Source: Chlamydiia bacterium (GTDB taxonomy: Bacteria; Chlamydiota; Chlamydiia; Chlamydiales; 2-12-FULL-49-11). From it: DNA of 15,251 nt. The DNA is taken from contig JBIKLZ010000030.1 in the NCBI GenBank assembly GCA_044359535.1, positions 1 to 15,251 of the forward strand, in the 5' to 3' direction. Under the pieces are notes generated by a model that did no database searches, was not told the origin of the DNA, and saw only the letters and a program-made list of their open reading frames with translations. The position numbers and the translations under genes are program-made. Shown piece after piece: positions 1 to 7,814 of this stretch. Each line of letters opens with the position of its first letter. The first letter of the stretch is position 1.

Positions 1-372
1 GGTCTCCATGTCATTGTGGGAAGAGTGTGATGAAGTATTACCACTTGGTTCTGAATGACGGGGTCTATAAGACCCATTTTGAGCAGGTGTGTATACACCT
101 TCTTTATTTCTTAAAACTTCTCTGATCATCAACCCAATGAGTGTAGCAGGAAGAATAATGATTAAACCTATAAGGTGTAACATTTTAAGGATAAATTTAC
201 CAATAAGAACCCAAATGTTTTTGCTTTGAGGTCGAGGGGTAAGCTGATTTAGACCGTTATCAGTGATTTCAAAGGATCTCCCGCCAAAGCCTAGATGAAG
301 AAATTTCTCAACATTTAATAAATGTTTATTTTTGTGCTCAACATAGTCTGTGAATTGAACAGATGGAGTCAT
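1..372 (-). CDS. 5' part of a chlamydial hypothetical protein with DUF648-like N-terminal domain and hydrophobic segment (candidate Inc/secreted effector); runs off the left edge
   Basis: Not in the ORF track; translated by hand from ATG at 372: MTPSVQFTDYVEHKNKHLLNVEKFLHLGFGGRSFEITDNGLNQLTPRPQSKNIWVLIGKFILKMLHLIGLIIILPATLIGLMIREVLRNKEGVY..., open for 124 codons to position 1. The 'EKFLHLG.G' ... 'K.....I.LP.TLI.L.IR..LR' pattern resembles chlamydial DUF648. AAGGG lies upstream. Confidence 0.75.
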   Translation of the reverse strand, partial: MTPSVQFTDYVEHKNKHLLNVEKFLHLGFGGRSFEITDNGLNQLTPRPQSKNIWVLIGKFILKMLHLIGLIIILPATLIGLMIREVLRNKEGVYTPAQNGSYRPRHSEPSGNTSSHSSHNDMET

Positions 373-401
373 TTTATACCCTTTTTTATATTTATACTTT
401 A

Positions 402-429
402 ATTATAAACGAAGTTAGTAATCTGTTAA
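402..429 (-). promoter_or_regulatory. Putative sigma66/sigma70 promoter of the DUF648-like gene
   Basis: Minus strand TTAACA (429-424)-N16-TATAAT (407-402), about 30 nt before the ATG. The AT-rich context lowers specificity. Confidence 0.4.
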
Positions 430-507
430 ACAAATTCATTAAAATGTTAACAATTAGATGTTTATGAATATAAACTTGTTTTTCTATGAATATATCTCTA
501 CTTCTTT

Positions 508-519
508 TATGATAAACTC
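508..519 (+). promoter_or_regulatory. Putative -10 box placing the transcription start on the pssA ATG (leaderless)
   Basis: TATGAT (508-513) followed by 6 nt and then ATG at 520; no Shine-Dalgarno; -35 weak. Confidence 0.35.
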
Positions 520-1284
520 ATGCAAAAAAGATTGATTATTCCTAACCTTATCACAACTTTTGGGTTAGCCTGTGGGTTGTTTGTTATTTTCAGAGTCAAT
601 ATGGGGGGTGATAGAACCTTTTCTTTGATGCAGACAATGACCTATATTTTACTTATGGCTGCCTTTGCCGATGTTCTTGATGGAGCTGTAGCTCGTGCAG
701 TAAGGGGGGAATCAGCTTTTGGTCTAGAATTTGATAGTTTAAGCGATGCAATTACTTTTGGGGTGGCTCCCTCTGCTTTGTTTTTAAGTTCGGTGTTTTT
801 TAATGATGACAGTCTTGCCGCTTTTTTTGCTATTTGTGCAGCCCTTATCTACACAATTTGTGGGGTTCTTCGCCTTGTACGATTTAATATCACCCAAGCA
901 GTGGATAAAGAAGAGAAAAAAAAACCCTTTGTAGGCCTTCCAATTCCTGCCGCTGCGATGGCATTTATCTCCCCAAATCTTTTTTTTCATGCCCCTTTTT
1001 TTACATCAAAAGTAGTGCTAGCGATGGAGGTCCGAGCATGGATAATGTCAACTATTGCTATTGTTTTAGCCTATCTTATGCTTTCAAAGATCCCATTTTC
1101 CAGTGCAAAAAGTTTCAATATCAAACTTGGCTCTTTTGAGACAGTCTTTGTAAGCATGTTGTGTATGATTATTTTTCTTTATGGGGTCATCTATAATCTT
1201 GCAACCCTACTGCTTGTTGTTTCTTGGGGATACATTTTTTGTTCCCTGATCCTTGCCCCTTTTCGGAAAAAAGGAAAAATTTAA
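520..1284 (+). CDS. pssA: CDP-diacylglycerol--serine O-phosphatidyltransferase (phosphatidylserine synthase)
   Basis: N-terminal 'IPNLIT', CDP-alcohol phosphotransferase motif D-x2-DG-x2-AR...G-x3-DSLSD-x2-FGVAP, 'LRLVRFN', 'FVGLPIPAAA'; multiple TM helices. Confidence 0.95.
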   Translation: MQKRLIIPNLITTFGLACGLFVIFRVNMGGDRTFSLMQTMTYILLMAAFADVLDGAVARAVRGESAFGLEFDSLSDAITFGVAPSALFLSSVFFNDDSLAAFFAICAALIYTICGVLRLVRFNITQAVDKEEKKKPFVGLPIPAAAMAFISPNLFFHAPFFTSKVVLAMEVRAWIMSTIAIVLAYLMLSKIPFSSAKSFNIKLGSFETVFVSMLCMIIFLYGVIYNLATLLLVVSWGYIFCSLILAPFRKKGKI

Positions 1285-2321
1285 ATCAGAGTTTTTCCTG
1301 AAGAGCCTACTTTATTCATAGCAAAGGTGTATAGATAAGCCCCTTGGTCGGTTTTATCACTTAAGTAATATCCCGATGGAAAGGCATAATTTTTATAGGC
1401 AATTTCTGTATACTGAGCCATAAGCCCCTCTGTCATTTTGGGGTTGTGAGCTAGGTATGTTTTTGTGTAGATCTTTGTCAACTCAGATATTTCAGATTCA
1501 GATAAGCCATAAAAAGATCCAAGAGCCTCTAAGGAGAAGATGAATTTTCCAGTATCTAAACCCACTGGAGCCCCCTTTAATGATTCAGGCATAAAGGAGA
1601 GGTCAATAAAGGTGGTTTTCTTTGATTTTTCATCATAAAAAATATTTCCAAGGTGAGCATCCCCATGAATGATTCCATAAGGGCCTTTAAAAGTTCCCTC
1701 TTTTGCATCGCTGTAATAGCTATCATAAAAAGTGCTATAAGACGATTTGGGTTGAAGTAAATGAAATTCAGCAAAAGAAGCGGCGGTTTTTTCCATCGCC
1801 TTTTTTAAAACGTCCATCTTGCGAGCCCTTTGAATCCCTTTTGCTCCGGCAACATCTTTTATTAAACCATTAATAGACTGCCCTTGGGCTACTGTTTCTA
1901 TAATATAGGCCGATGAGCGCTCTTCTGAGGAAAATTCTGCAGTCCCAATTAAACGGGGGACGGTAAAGTTTTTTGTGTTTCTAAAATAGCGCTCATATAA
2001 AGAGGAGATTTCATCCTTTAATTCAACTCGATCATACTGATCTTCTACAGGGACCTGTTTGATCACCGCTAAAACCCTTCCATCATTAGAATATGCAAAA
2101 TAAATAGTACTCCCTTTTCCAGATTCAGCAAGGTCGTCCCCTGTTTCTAATTTTTTATATGTGACAAACTCCAAATTAAAAAATCTATTACTGATTTTTG
2201 ATAAATCCTCATTGTCTTCTACAACAACCATCTTCTTTGCGTAGTTATGAGCTTTCTCTATAGGGACAGGGAGGCAGTAACTATTTAATAACAAAGAAAG
2301 AGATAGAAAAATTGTTTTCAT
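1281..2321 (-). CDS. Aminoglycoside phosphotransferase/choline kinase-like (PKL fold) protein with N-terminal signal peptide
   Basis: Gly-rich 'SGKGSTIY', 'LAVIKQ' lysine, 'VPRLIG', Brenner motif 'IIHGDAHLGNI', 'FIDLS'. The N-terminus MKTIFLSLSLLLNSYC is signal-peptide-like. Its stop overlaps the pssA stop (TTAA, 1281-1284). Confidence 0.8.
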   Translation of the reverse strand: MKTIFLSLSLLLNSYCLPVPIEKAHNYAKKMVVVEDNEDLSKISNRFFNLEFVTYKKLETGDDLAESGKGSTIYFAYSNDGRVLAVIKQVPVEDQYDRVELKDEISSLYERYFRNTKNFTVPRLIGTAEFSSEERSSAYIIETVAQGQSINGLIKDVAGAKGIQRARKMDVLKKAMEKTAASFAEFHLLQPKSSYSTFYDSYYSDAKEGTFKGPYGIIHGDAHLGNIFYDEKSKKTTFIDLSFMPESLKGAPVGLDTGKFIFSLEALGSFYGLSESEISELTKIYTKTYLAHNPKMTEGLMAQYTEIAYKNYAFPSGYYLSDKTDQGAYLYTFAMNKVGSSGKTLI

Positions 2322-2357
2322 AATAATATTGTATCAATTTATTTGATTATTAATCAA
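2322..2357 (-). promoter_or_regulatory. Putative promoter of the kinase gene (leaderless), with a palindrome over the -35
   Basis: Minus strand TTGATT (2357-2352)-N18-TACAAT (2333-2328) with TGn extension, then 6 nt to ATG at 2321. Palindrome TTGATTA-T-TAATCAA at 2343-2357. Confidence 0.5.
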
Positions 2358-2449
2358 TTAAATAAAATATTATTAAATATTTTGAATATTTTACTAAATG
2401 TTGGGTTTTATCATGGGATTCCATATACTTCAGATGAAGGGAGAAATGT

Positions 2450-3703
2450 ATGATATCTATGATTTTATTTATGGTGGTATTTACCTTAATGGGTTTGTTA
2501 GCCGTTGTGTTCACTCAAAAGGAAAAAATTCGAGAAGAGTTAACCGCGTATCAAATTGAAAAGGCAAGATTAGAGACAGTTTTAGAGGAGCAGAATAAAA
2601 GTTTTAAAGAGCGTTTAGAAATAATTACTGAATCAAAAGAAAAACTTGAGGAAGCTTTTAGGGGAATATCGGCTCAGGCATTAGCAAAGATGGAGGAAAA
2701 ATCCTATAAGGAGGAGGAAAGGAGAGCAAGAATTTTTTCAGATTTGATGAAGCCTATGAAGGAATCTCTTTCTAAGTTAGATGATAAGATGAATACCTTG
2801 GAAAAAGATCGACAAGGGGATAAAGAGGCTTTGCACCATCAATTAAAGCAAGTAGCTGAGTCAGAAAAGGATTTACTTAAGGAGACAAAGGGGCTTAAAG
2901 ATGCCCTATCAAAACCTGAAATTAGGGGTCTTTGGGGGGAGATGCAATTAAAAAGGGTGATAGAAGTGGCTGGGATGGTCAACTATTGTGATTTTCTTGA
3001 GCAAAGTGTTGAGGACACAGAAAATGGGCGCATCCGACCTGATATGATCATTAAGCTTGCTGGAGAAAGAACCATTATAGTGGACTCTAAAGCCCCTCTA
3101 GAGGGTTTTTTAAAAGCGCTATCGCTTGAAAGTGAGGTTGCAAAAAAAGGGGAGCTTGAAAGACATGCTCGTCATTTAAAGTCCCATATTCAAGCCCTTA
3201 GCAAGAAAAAATACTATGAAGGGTATGCACAGACGCCAGAATTTGTAGTCCTTTTCCTCCCTTCTGAGGTCTTTTTATCAAGTGCGTTGCAAATGGATCC
3301 AACCCTTATTGAAATGGGGGCAAAGCTTAATGTAATATTAGCTACACCTACAACGTTGATAGGCCTTCTTAGATCTATTGCCTATGGGTGGAAAGCAGAG
3401 AATTTGACAGTCCATGCAAAGGCGATTCAAAATCTTGGTTGCGAGCTTTATAAACGCATTTTTGATATGAGTAAGCATCTAACCTCAATGGGAAAATCTT
3501 TATCAGCAGCAGTAGATGGATATAATAAAACAATTGGGACCTATGAGAAAAGAGTTTTATCTACTGCCCGTAAATTTGAAGGGTTAGGATCAACCCCCAC
3601 AGAACTTATTCCAACAACTTTTGAAGCTATTGACGTTGAAGTAAGAACAACAGAAGAGATAGATAGTGAAGATATTGAAAGAAATAGCGAGGCAACCTCT
3701 TGA
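2450..3703 (+). CDS. rmuC: DNA recombination protein RmuC
   Basis: N-terminal TM and coiled coil, 'RGLWGEMQLKRVIE.AGM', 'RPDMII.L...IIVDSKAP', 'TPEFVVLFLPSE', 'ATPTTLIGLL'; SD-like AAGGGAG upstream. Confidence 0.95.
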   Translation: MISMILFMVVFTLMGLLAVVFTQKEKIREELTAYQIEKARLETVLEEQNKSFKERLEIITESKEKLEEAFRGISAQALAKMEEKSYKEEERRARIFSDLMKPMKESLSKLDDKMNTLEKDRQGDKEALHHQLKQVAESEKDLLKETKGLKDALSKPEIRGLWGEMQLKRVIEVAGMVNYCDFLEQSVEDTENGRIRPDMIIKLAGERTIIVDSKAPLEGFLKALSLESEVAKKGELERHARHLKSHIQALSKKKYYEGYAQTPEFVVLFLPSEVFLSSALQMDPTLIEMGAKLNVILATPTTLIGLLRSIAYGWKAENLTVHAKAIQNLGCELYKRIFDMSKHLTSMGKSLSAAVDGYNKTIGTYEKRVLSTARKFEGLGSTPTELIPTTFEAIDVEVRTTEEIDSEDIERNSEATS

Positions 3704-3750
3704 GTTTTGTCAGGGGATTGGGCCTTATGATTACTTTCAAAAGAGGTTGA

Positions 3751-4200
3751 TCACTGTTTATTTTGCTGTAAAAAGTAAAGGGCATCAATTACTTGCCCCT
3801 CTTTAGGTCGTTTATGAAAGCATTTGATACCTAAAGAAACACCAGGAACACTAGTTTCCCCTATTGTTTTGGTTCTAATAGAACTTTCAAATAAGTTTGA
3901 ATACTTTTTATTGGTATTTTCATATTGGGTAGTTATAGTTAAATCTTTTAAGGATTGTATAACAAAATATGGATAACCATTTTGTATTGCTAATTCAGAG
4001 GCCCTTTTTAGGGCATATTTCATAACTGTTTCTTGATTGGTGAAGCAATTACCTCGAAAATGTACGATAAAAGAGTCTTTTGCCGTAAGTACCTCTGAAT
4101 AGCCGCCGTTGAAATAGCCATAGGGCTGATACCTAGAACCACACCCATTTAAAAATAATCCTACCACTACTACTGCTAATTTAAAAATGTTCTTTTTCAA
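3751..4200 (-). CDS. Lipoprotein, CC0125/CC1285-like family
   Basis: TTG start with AGGTG SD; lipobox LNG-C; 'YQP....GGYSE......F.V.FRGN.FT..E.V..YAL.RA.EL..QNGY.YFVI' pattern typical of this family. Confidence 0.75.
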   Translation of the reverse strand: MKKNIFKLAVVVVGLFLNGCGSRYQPYGYFNGGYSEVLTAKDSFIVHFRGNCFTNQETVMKYALKRASELAIQNGYPYFVIQSLKDLTITTQYENTNKKYSNLFESSIRTKTIGETSVPGVSLGIKCFHKRPKEGQVIDALYFLQQNKQ

Positions 4201-4238
4201 TTTTTCACCTATAAAAAATAAGAATCATAATAGAATCG

Positions 4239-4256
4239 ATCATTTAATTAAATGAT
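4239..4256. promoter_or_regulatory. Perfect 18-bp palindrome overlapping the putative -35 of the lipoprotein gene
   Basis: ATCATTTAATTAAATGAT is its own reverse complement. On the minus strand TTTAAT (4252-4247)-N17-TATGAT (4229-4224). Confidence 0.4.
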
Positions 4257-4261
4257 TATTT

Positions 4262-4315
4262 AGATTTCTTTCGAAACTTCATTTTTTCAATCAAAGCAAG
4301 TTTCGAAAGAAGTCT
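4262..4315. repeat. Short inverted-repeat element (18-bp arms, 1 mismatch, 18-nt loop); possible MITE/RPE-like palindromic remnant
   Basis: AGATTTCTTTCGAAACTT (4262-4279) pairs with AAGTTTCGAAAGAAGTCT (4298-4315). Confidence 0.6.
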
Positions 4316-4416
4316 TTTATAAAAAGGAATAAATGGAAAAAATTAAATAAAAAAATTAACTTTTTTTGGAGAGGTTTTATAGAGGATAAACTGATTCATG
4401 GGACTGATAAAATGAA

Positions 4417-4446
4417 AAGGACGAAAAGGATATCCTTTTCGTCCTT
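4417..4446 (-). terminator. Intrinsic terminator, likely bidirectional, downstream of the CT017-like gene
   Basis: Perfect 30-bp palindrome AAGGACGAAAAGGATATCCTTTTCGTCCTT, 21 nt after the stop at 4468; T-rich tails on both strands. Confidence 0.75.
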
Positions 4447-4467
4447 ATTTTTTTATGAAAAACGATC

Positions 4468-5670
4468 CTATTCTACTTTTATGACATAGTATGCAGGAAA
4501 GGCAAAGTTATGATTAGGTCTTTCAGCAACTTCAATAGTCACATGTTGACCGACATAGTTTTGAAGATCAATCATTGTGCTGTATAAATAGGCACGAGGA
4601 ACTTGAGAACCTCTGATGGTGTGGCTACCAGGTCTATTCATCACAACGTCATTATAGGACTCAACAATCCCAGATATTTTTTTACTCTTGAACTTTTGCT
4701 CATCGTAAAAGTCTGTCATTGTTTTATTATGGTGACTTGCTGACCAAGAGGCGTAGATAGCTTCCTCAGCTCTTTCCCACATTTTCATTCGATCATTTGA
4801 GGTAAGGGCTGTTTGCCCATGTGCAATCAATGCAGAGCCATCTCCTTGAAGAGCGATATTTCTACTGAGCATATTGGCTTTATTTTCAAGGTAAGCAAGT
4901 TTCTTTTTAAGATACTCCTCTTGCAATGAGGTAAGGGTTGCTTTTATAGAACTCATAGATTTTGGAAATTCTTCGTATTCAGAAATGATCTCATTAAATT
5001 TTTTTGTGATCGATTGGAAATCAATGGAGTCAAAAGGCTTTTGCATCTCTGATTGAGCAAGGGTGTTTGCAGATTCAATAAGGGTTGAAAGATTAGCCAT
5101 TTTTTCATCACGAAGGTGTTTCATTTGCGGCCCACCCACTTTTTCAATGTACTCTTTTGCAACAAAGAAGTGGACACTTTCTGGAGGGGAAAATTCTAGC
5201 CATTTAGGGTTTTTACTGCTAATTTTTCCCTCTACTTTATCTCCTGATTTCATATATCCAACAATAGGGGAGGTAAGCTCTGGGCTCAAGCGAACATTGA
5301 CTTTATTGCCTTCAACAACATTGTCAAGGACAAAACTTCTAAACATATAGACATGCATTCCTGTAGGAGCTTGAACAGCATAAAAATCATTTTTTTCACC
5401 CACAACAACAAGGAGGTCATGTGCCTCTAATTCGCTAATGATTTGCGATTCGACATCGGCATTAAGGCGAAGTCTAACACCATTTCCTAAAACTTTTCCT
5501 GTGAAGGCTTGATAGTTTTTAAAAGACTCAGGCTCTTTTAAAGGCTCTTGTTTAGCCTTGCTTGTTTGAACAAGTTTTGTTTCTTTTGCTACGGTAATTT
5601 TTTTTTCAACGGCATAAAGAGCGGATGTTGTCATCATCACGAATGCAATTGCTAATATTGATTGGTACAT
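4468..5670 (-). CDS. Chlamydial SH3-domain exported protein, CT017 (Ctad1)-like
   Basis: Signal peptide; two bacterial SH3-like repeats ('FTGKVLGNGVRLRLNAD..S.II.EL', 'VVEGNKVNVRLSP...SPIVG'); C-terminal 'RPNHNFAFPAYYV'. Lies next to CT016-like and phoH genes as in Chlamydia; AGGAGG SD. Confidence 0.85.
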   Translation of the reverse strand: MYQSILAIAFVMMTTSALYAVEKKITVAKETKLVQTSKAKQEPLKEPESFKNYQAFTGKVLGNGVRLRLNADVESQIISELEAHDLLVVVGEKNDFYAVQAPTGMHVYMFRSFVLDNVVEGNKVNVRLSPELTSPIVGYMKSGDKVEGKISSKNPKWLEFSPPESVHFFVAKEYIEKVGGPQMKHLRDEKMANLSTLIESANTLAQSEMQKPFDSIDFQSITKKFNEIISEYEEFPKSMSSIKATLTSLQEEYLKKKLAYLENKANMLSRNIALQGDGSALIAHGQTALTSNDRMKMWERAEEAIYASWSASHHNKTMTDFYDEQKFKSKKISGIVESYNDVVMNRPGSHTIRGSQVPRAYLYSTMIDLQNYVGQHVTIEVAERPNHNFAFPAYYVIKVE

Positions 5671-5735
5671 TTAGGTTTTCCCTCCTATCAAGGATCTAAA
5701 CAAAGGTATAGTTGTGGTGTAGACCACATTTTTGC

Positions 5736-5764
5736 ATTGTAGAATAAAGAATTTTTCATTGCAA
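5736..5764 (-). promoter_or_regulatory. Sigma66/sigma70 promoter of the CT017-like gene
   Basis: TTGCAA (5764-5759)-N17-TACAAT (5741-5736); a small hairpin TGTGGT-CTAC-ACCACA (5728-5713) sits at the predicted transcript 5' end. Confidence 0.65.
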
Positions 5765-5778
5765 GAAAAACCTGAGAA

Positions 5779-6456
5779 TTAACTTTTCAACACAGCAAGA
5801 ATGTGTTCACAATTGTTTTTTCCGCAGGTGCACCCAATAGGATCTCCAAGATATACAGAGTACTTTTCATTCTCATCAAAAGGATTTGTCACTTCATAGA
5901 GTTTATCATTTTTTTGATGGATATTCCATTCTCTAAAGGTGAGCTCTTCATTTAAGTCCTCATGATCAAGATCAGAAAGCTTTCGATCTTCCTTTTCAAT
6001 TCCATGAATGGCTCGTGAAATTTGACAGTACGGACAGTTGCAATGGCTTTCTCCTTCAGGAATATTAAAGGTGCTTTTATCAATTCCCATAGCTTTTCCC
6101 ATTTCAGAAATTTTATCTATTAACTCTTGGGGAAGGGTGGGTCCATTTGCTTGACTTGAATCATGCTGCATCATCCCTGTGAAATTTTCCATCCCAGAAA
6201 GGACAATACCCCCTGTCCTCATGTTGATATCAAAAGGGTGTTTTAATGGGAGGTGTGAAGATTCCTCAAGGGATTTGCCGTGGTATTGAAAAATTTTTCC
6301 TATTTGAGATTCAGAAAGGTGGTCTATTGAAATTTTGGAACCGTTATTGAGGTAGATTTCAAGCTCTCCCTCTTTTCCCATATGGATAGAAGAGATGTTT
6401 TTCCAAGAGGTGGAGATATAAGGGGGGATGGATAGCAGGTGTTCAGTAATTTTCAT
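5779..6456 (-). CDS. Conserved chlamydial protein, CT016-like, with Cys/His metal-binding motifs (C-terminal SWIM-like finger)
   Basis: 'MKIT..LLSIPPYISTSW.NI' N-terminus, 'HCNCPYCQI' and 'VYLG.PIGCTCGKNNCEHILAVL'. Start moved to ATG 6456 (225 aa) because of a strong AAGGAG SD; the ORF-track TTG at 6516 coincides with a -35 box. Confidence 0.85.
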   Translation of the reverse strand: MKITEHLLSIPPYISTSWKNISSIHMGKEGELEIYLNNGSKISIDHLSESQIGKIFQYHGKSLEESSHLPLKHPFDINMRTGGIVLSGMENFTGMMQHDSSQANGPTLPQELIDKISEMGKAMGIDKSTFNIPEGESHCNCPYCQISRAIHGIEKEDRKLSDLDHEDLNEELTFREWNIHQKNDKLYEVTNPFDENEKYSVYLGDPIGCTCGKNNCEHILAVLKS

Positions 6457-6487
6457 AAAAGTCTCCTTTTCATAGCATTTGGTTCTA

Positions 6488-6516
6488 AAGATAAAAGATT
6501 TTGTATTCAGAGTCAA
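6488..6516 (-). promoter_or_regulatory. Sigma66/sigma70 promoter of the CT016-like gene
   Basis: TTGACT (6516-6511)-N17-TATCTT (6493-6488), about 30 nt upstream of ATG 6456. Confidence 0.6.
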
Positions 6517-6537
6517 TAAAAGGTCTAATTTTGGAAT

Positions 6538-7764
6538 TTAATTTCCCGAAACTCTTTGCCCAGCTTTTAATTCAAAGGGGTGTAAAGAGGCAATCACGTA
6601 ATCAAAAATGTCACTTTGAACTTGTTCATGAGAGACTAATTCAGTATTTGTTGTAAAAAGATAGAGCTCAAAAGGAAGGCCCATTTCTGAAGGTTGATGG
6701 TACCTTATCATAAGGGTATACTCTTTATGAACTTTGGGGTGCTCTTTTAAATACTCCAAGATATACAATCTAAAAAGGGTGACATTACTTAATAGGCAAT
6801 TAAAGTCCTTTATGTTTTCTGGGTTTTTAAGATTAAAGGCTTCACATTCTTTAAGGGCATTTTCGATAGGAGATTTTAAAGAGGGGATGGTTTTTAATTT
6901 TTCTAAAAGATCGACACTGCAAAATTTGATGGTTTTCATATCAATAAAAATAGAACGGCGAATACGACGCCCTCCTGCCTCCTCCATCCCTCTCCAGTTA
7001 GTCATCCCTTCAGATAAAAGGGCTGAAGTGGGGGCGTACGTGATTGTTTTATCAAAATTTTGTATTTTTATCGTGTTTAAAGAGATCTCAACAACATCTC
7101 CGTCAGCTCCAAATTTAGGAAGGACAATCCAATCTCCAACCCTTACCATATCATAAGAAGAAATTTGGACACTTGCAATAAACCCAGAAATGGTATCTTT
7201 AAAGATCAAAGATAAGATGGCAGCCATCGCTCCAAGTCCTGTAAAAAGGGCAGCGGGTGATTTGTCTATTAAGATAGAGGCAGCAACAATACCGGCAAGG
7301 AAATAGACAATAATACGGGCGACTTGAATGTAGCTTTTTATCGATCTACGTTTTTTCCCTTTTTGCCGAGTGTGGATGCTTTCTATTATAAAAATGATCG
7401 AATTAAAGACCATAATGCATGCAGTTAACAGGTAAAGAAGCATTATCGCTTGAATGAATCGAATTAGGGCTGAATCGATAGTTAAGTGAGAGGCACTTAA
7501 AAGAGGGACAGAACTATAAATAATCATTGAGGGGACAAGGTGAGAAAGACGGTGAATGAGGCGCCCTTCAACAACGGATTTACCCCAAATGGTTTTTCTT
7601 TGTTCAAGATATTTATCTAGGCGTTTATTTAAGTAGGTAATAAATAGAATATGGGCAAGAAATGCAATGATGACGATAAACATCAAGCAAATGGTAAAAG
7701 TTAAAATAGCGTTAAGGGGTTCGTTAACTCCCCATGAAGATAAAAGCCTTGTAATATAATTCAT
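6538..7764 (-). CDS. Mechanosensitive ion channel, MscS family (YbdG/miniconductance-like)
   Basis: Five TM segments, 'GLGAMAAILSLIFKDTISGFIASVQ', 'MVRVGDWI.LPKFGADGDVVEISLNTIKIQNFDKTI', 'NWRGM...GGRRIRRSI.IDM', 'GLP.ELY.FT', 'QSDIFD'. Confidence 0.92.
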   Translation of the reverse strand: MNYITRLLSSWGVNEPLNAILTFTICLMFIVIIAFLAHILFITYLNKRLDKYLEQRKTIWGKSVVEGRLIHRLSHLVPSMIIYSSVPLLSASHLTIDSALIRFIQAIMLLYLLTACIMVFNSIIFIIESIHTRQKGKKRRSIKSYIQVARIIVYFLAGIVAASILIDKSPAALFTGLGAMAAILSLIFKDTISGFIASVQISSYDMVRVGDWIVLPKFGADGDVVEISLNTIKIQNFDKTITYAPTSALLSEGMTNWRGMEEAGGRRIRRSIFIDMKTIKFCSVDLLEKLKTIPSLKSPIENALKECEAFNLKNPENIKDFNCLLSNVTLFRLYILEYLKEHPKVHKEYTLMIRYHQPSEMGLPFELYLFTTNTELVSHEQVQSDIFDYVIASLHPFELKAGQRVSGN

Positions 7765-7785
7765 TTGTGTTTCCTGCTTATTTTT

Positions 7786-7814
7786 ATTTTGCCTTAGAAG
7801 AAGCTGTCTGTCAA
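7786..7814 (-). promoter_or_regulatory. Putative sigma66/sigma70 promoter of the MscS-family gene
   Basis: TTGACA (7814-7809)-N17-CAAAAT (7791-7786); AGGA SD before ATG 7764. Confidence 0.55.

Noticed and set aside
1281-2321. Kinase as a bona fide aminoglycoside resistance gene
   Set aside because: Only the generic PKL/Brenner motifs are visible; the signal peptide and short insert are unlike characterised APH enzymes.
3693-3749. Inverted repeat CAACCTCTT / AAGAGGTTG between convergent rmuC and lipoprotein stops
   Set aside because: Only 9-bp arms with a 39-nt loop and no U-tract; could be a weak bidirectional terminator but is not supportable.
6457-6516. TTG start extension of the CT016-like ORF
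   Set aside because: The TTG is the start of a TTGACT -35 box; ATG 6456 has an AAGGAG SD and matches the family N-terminus.
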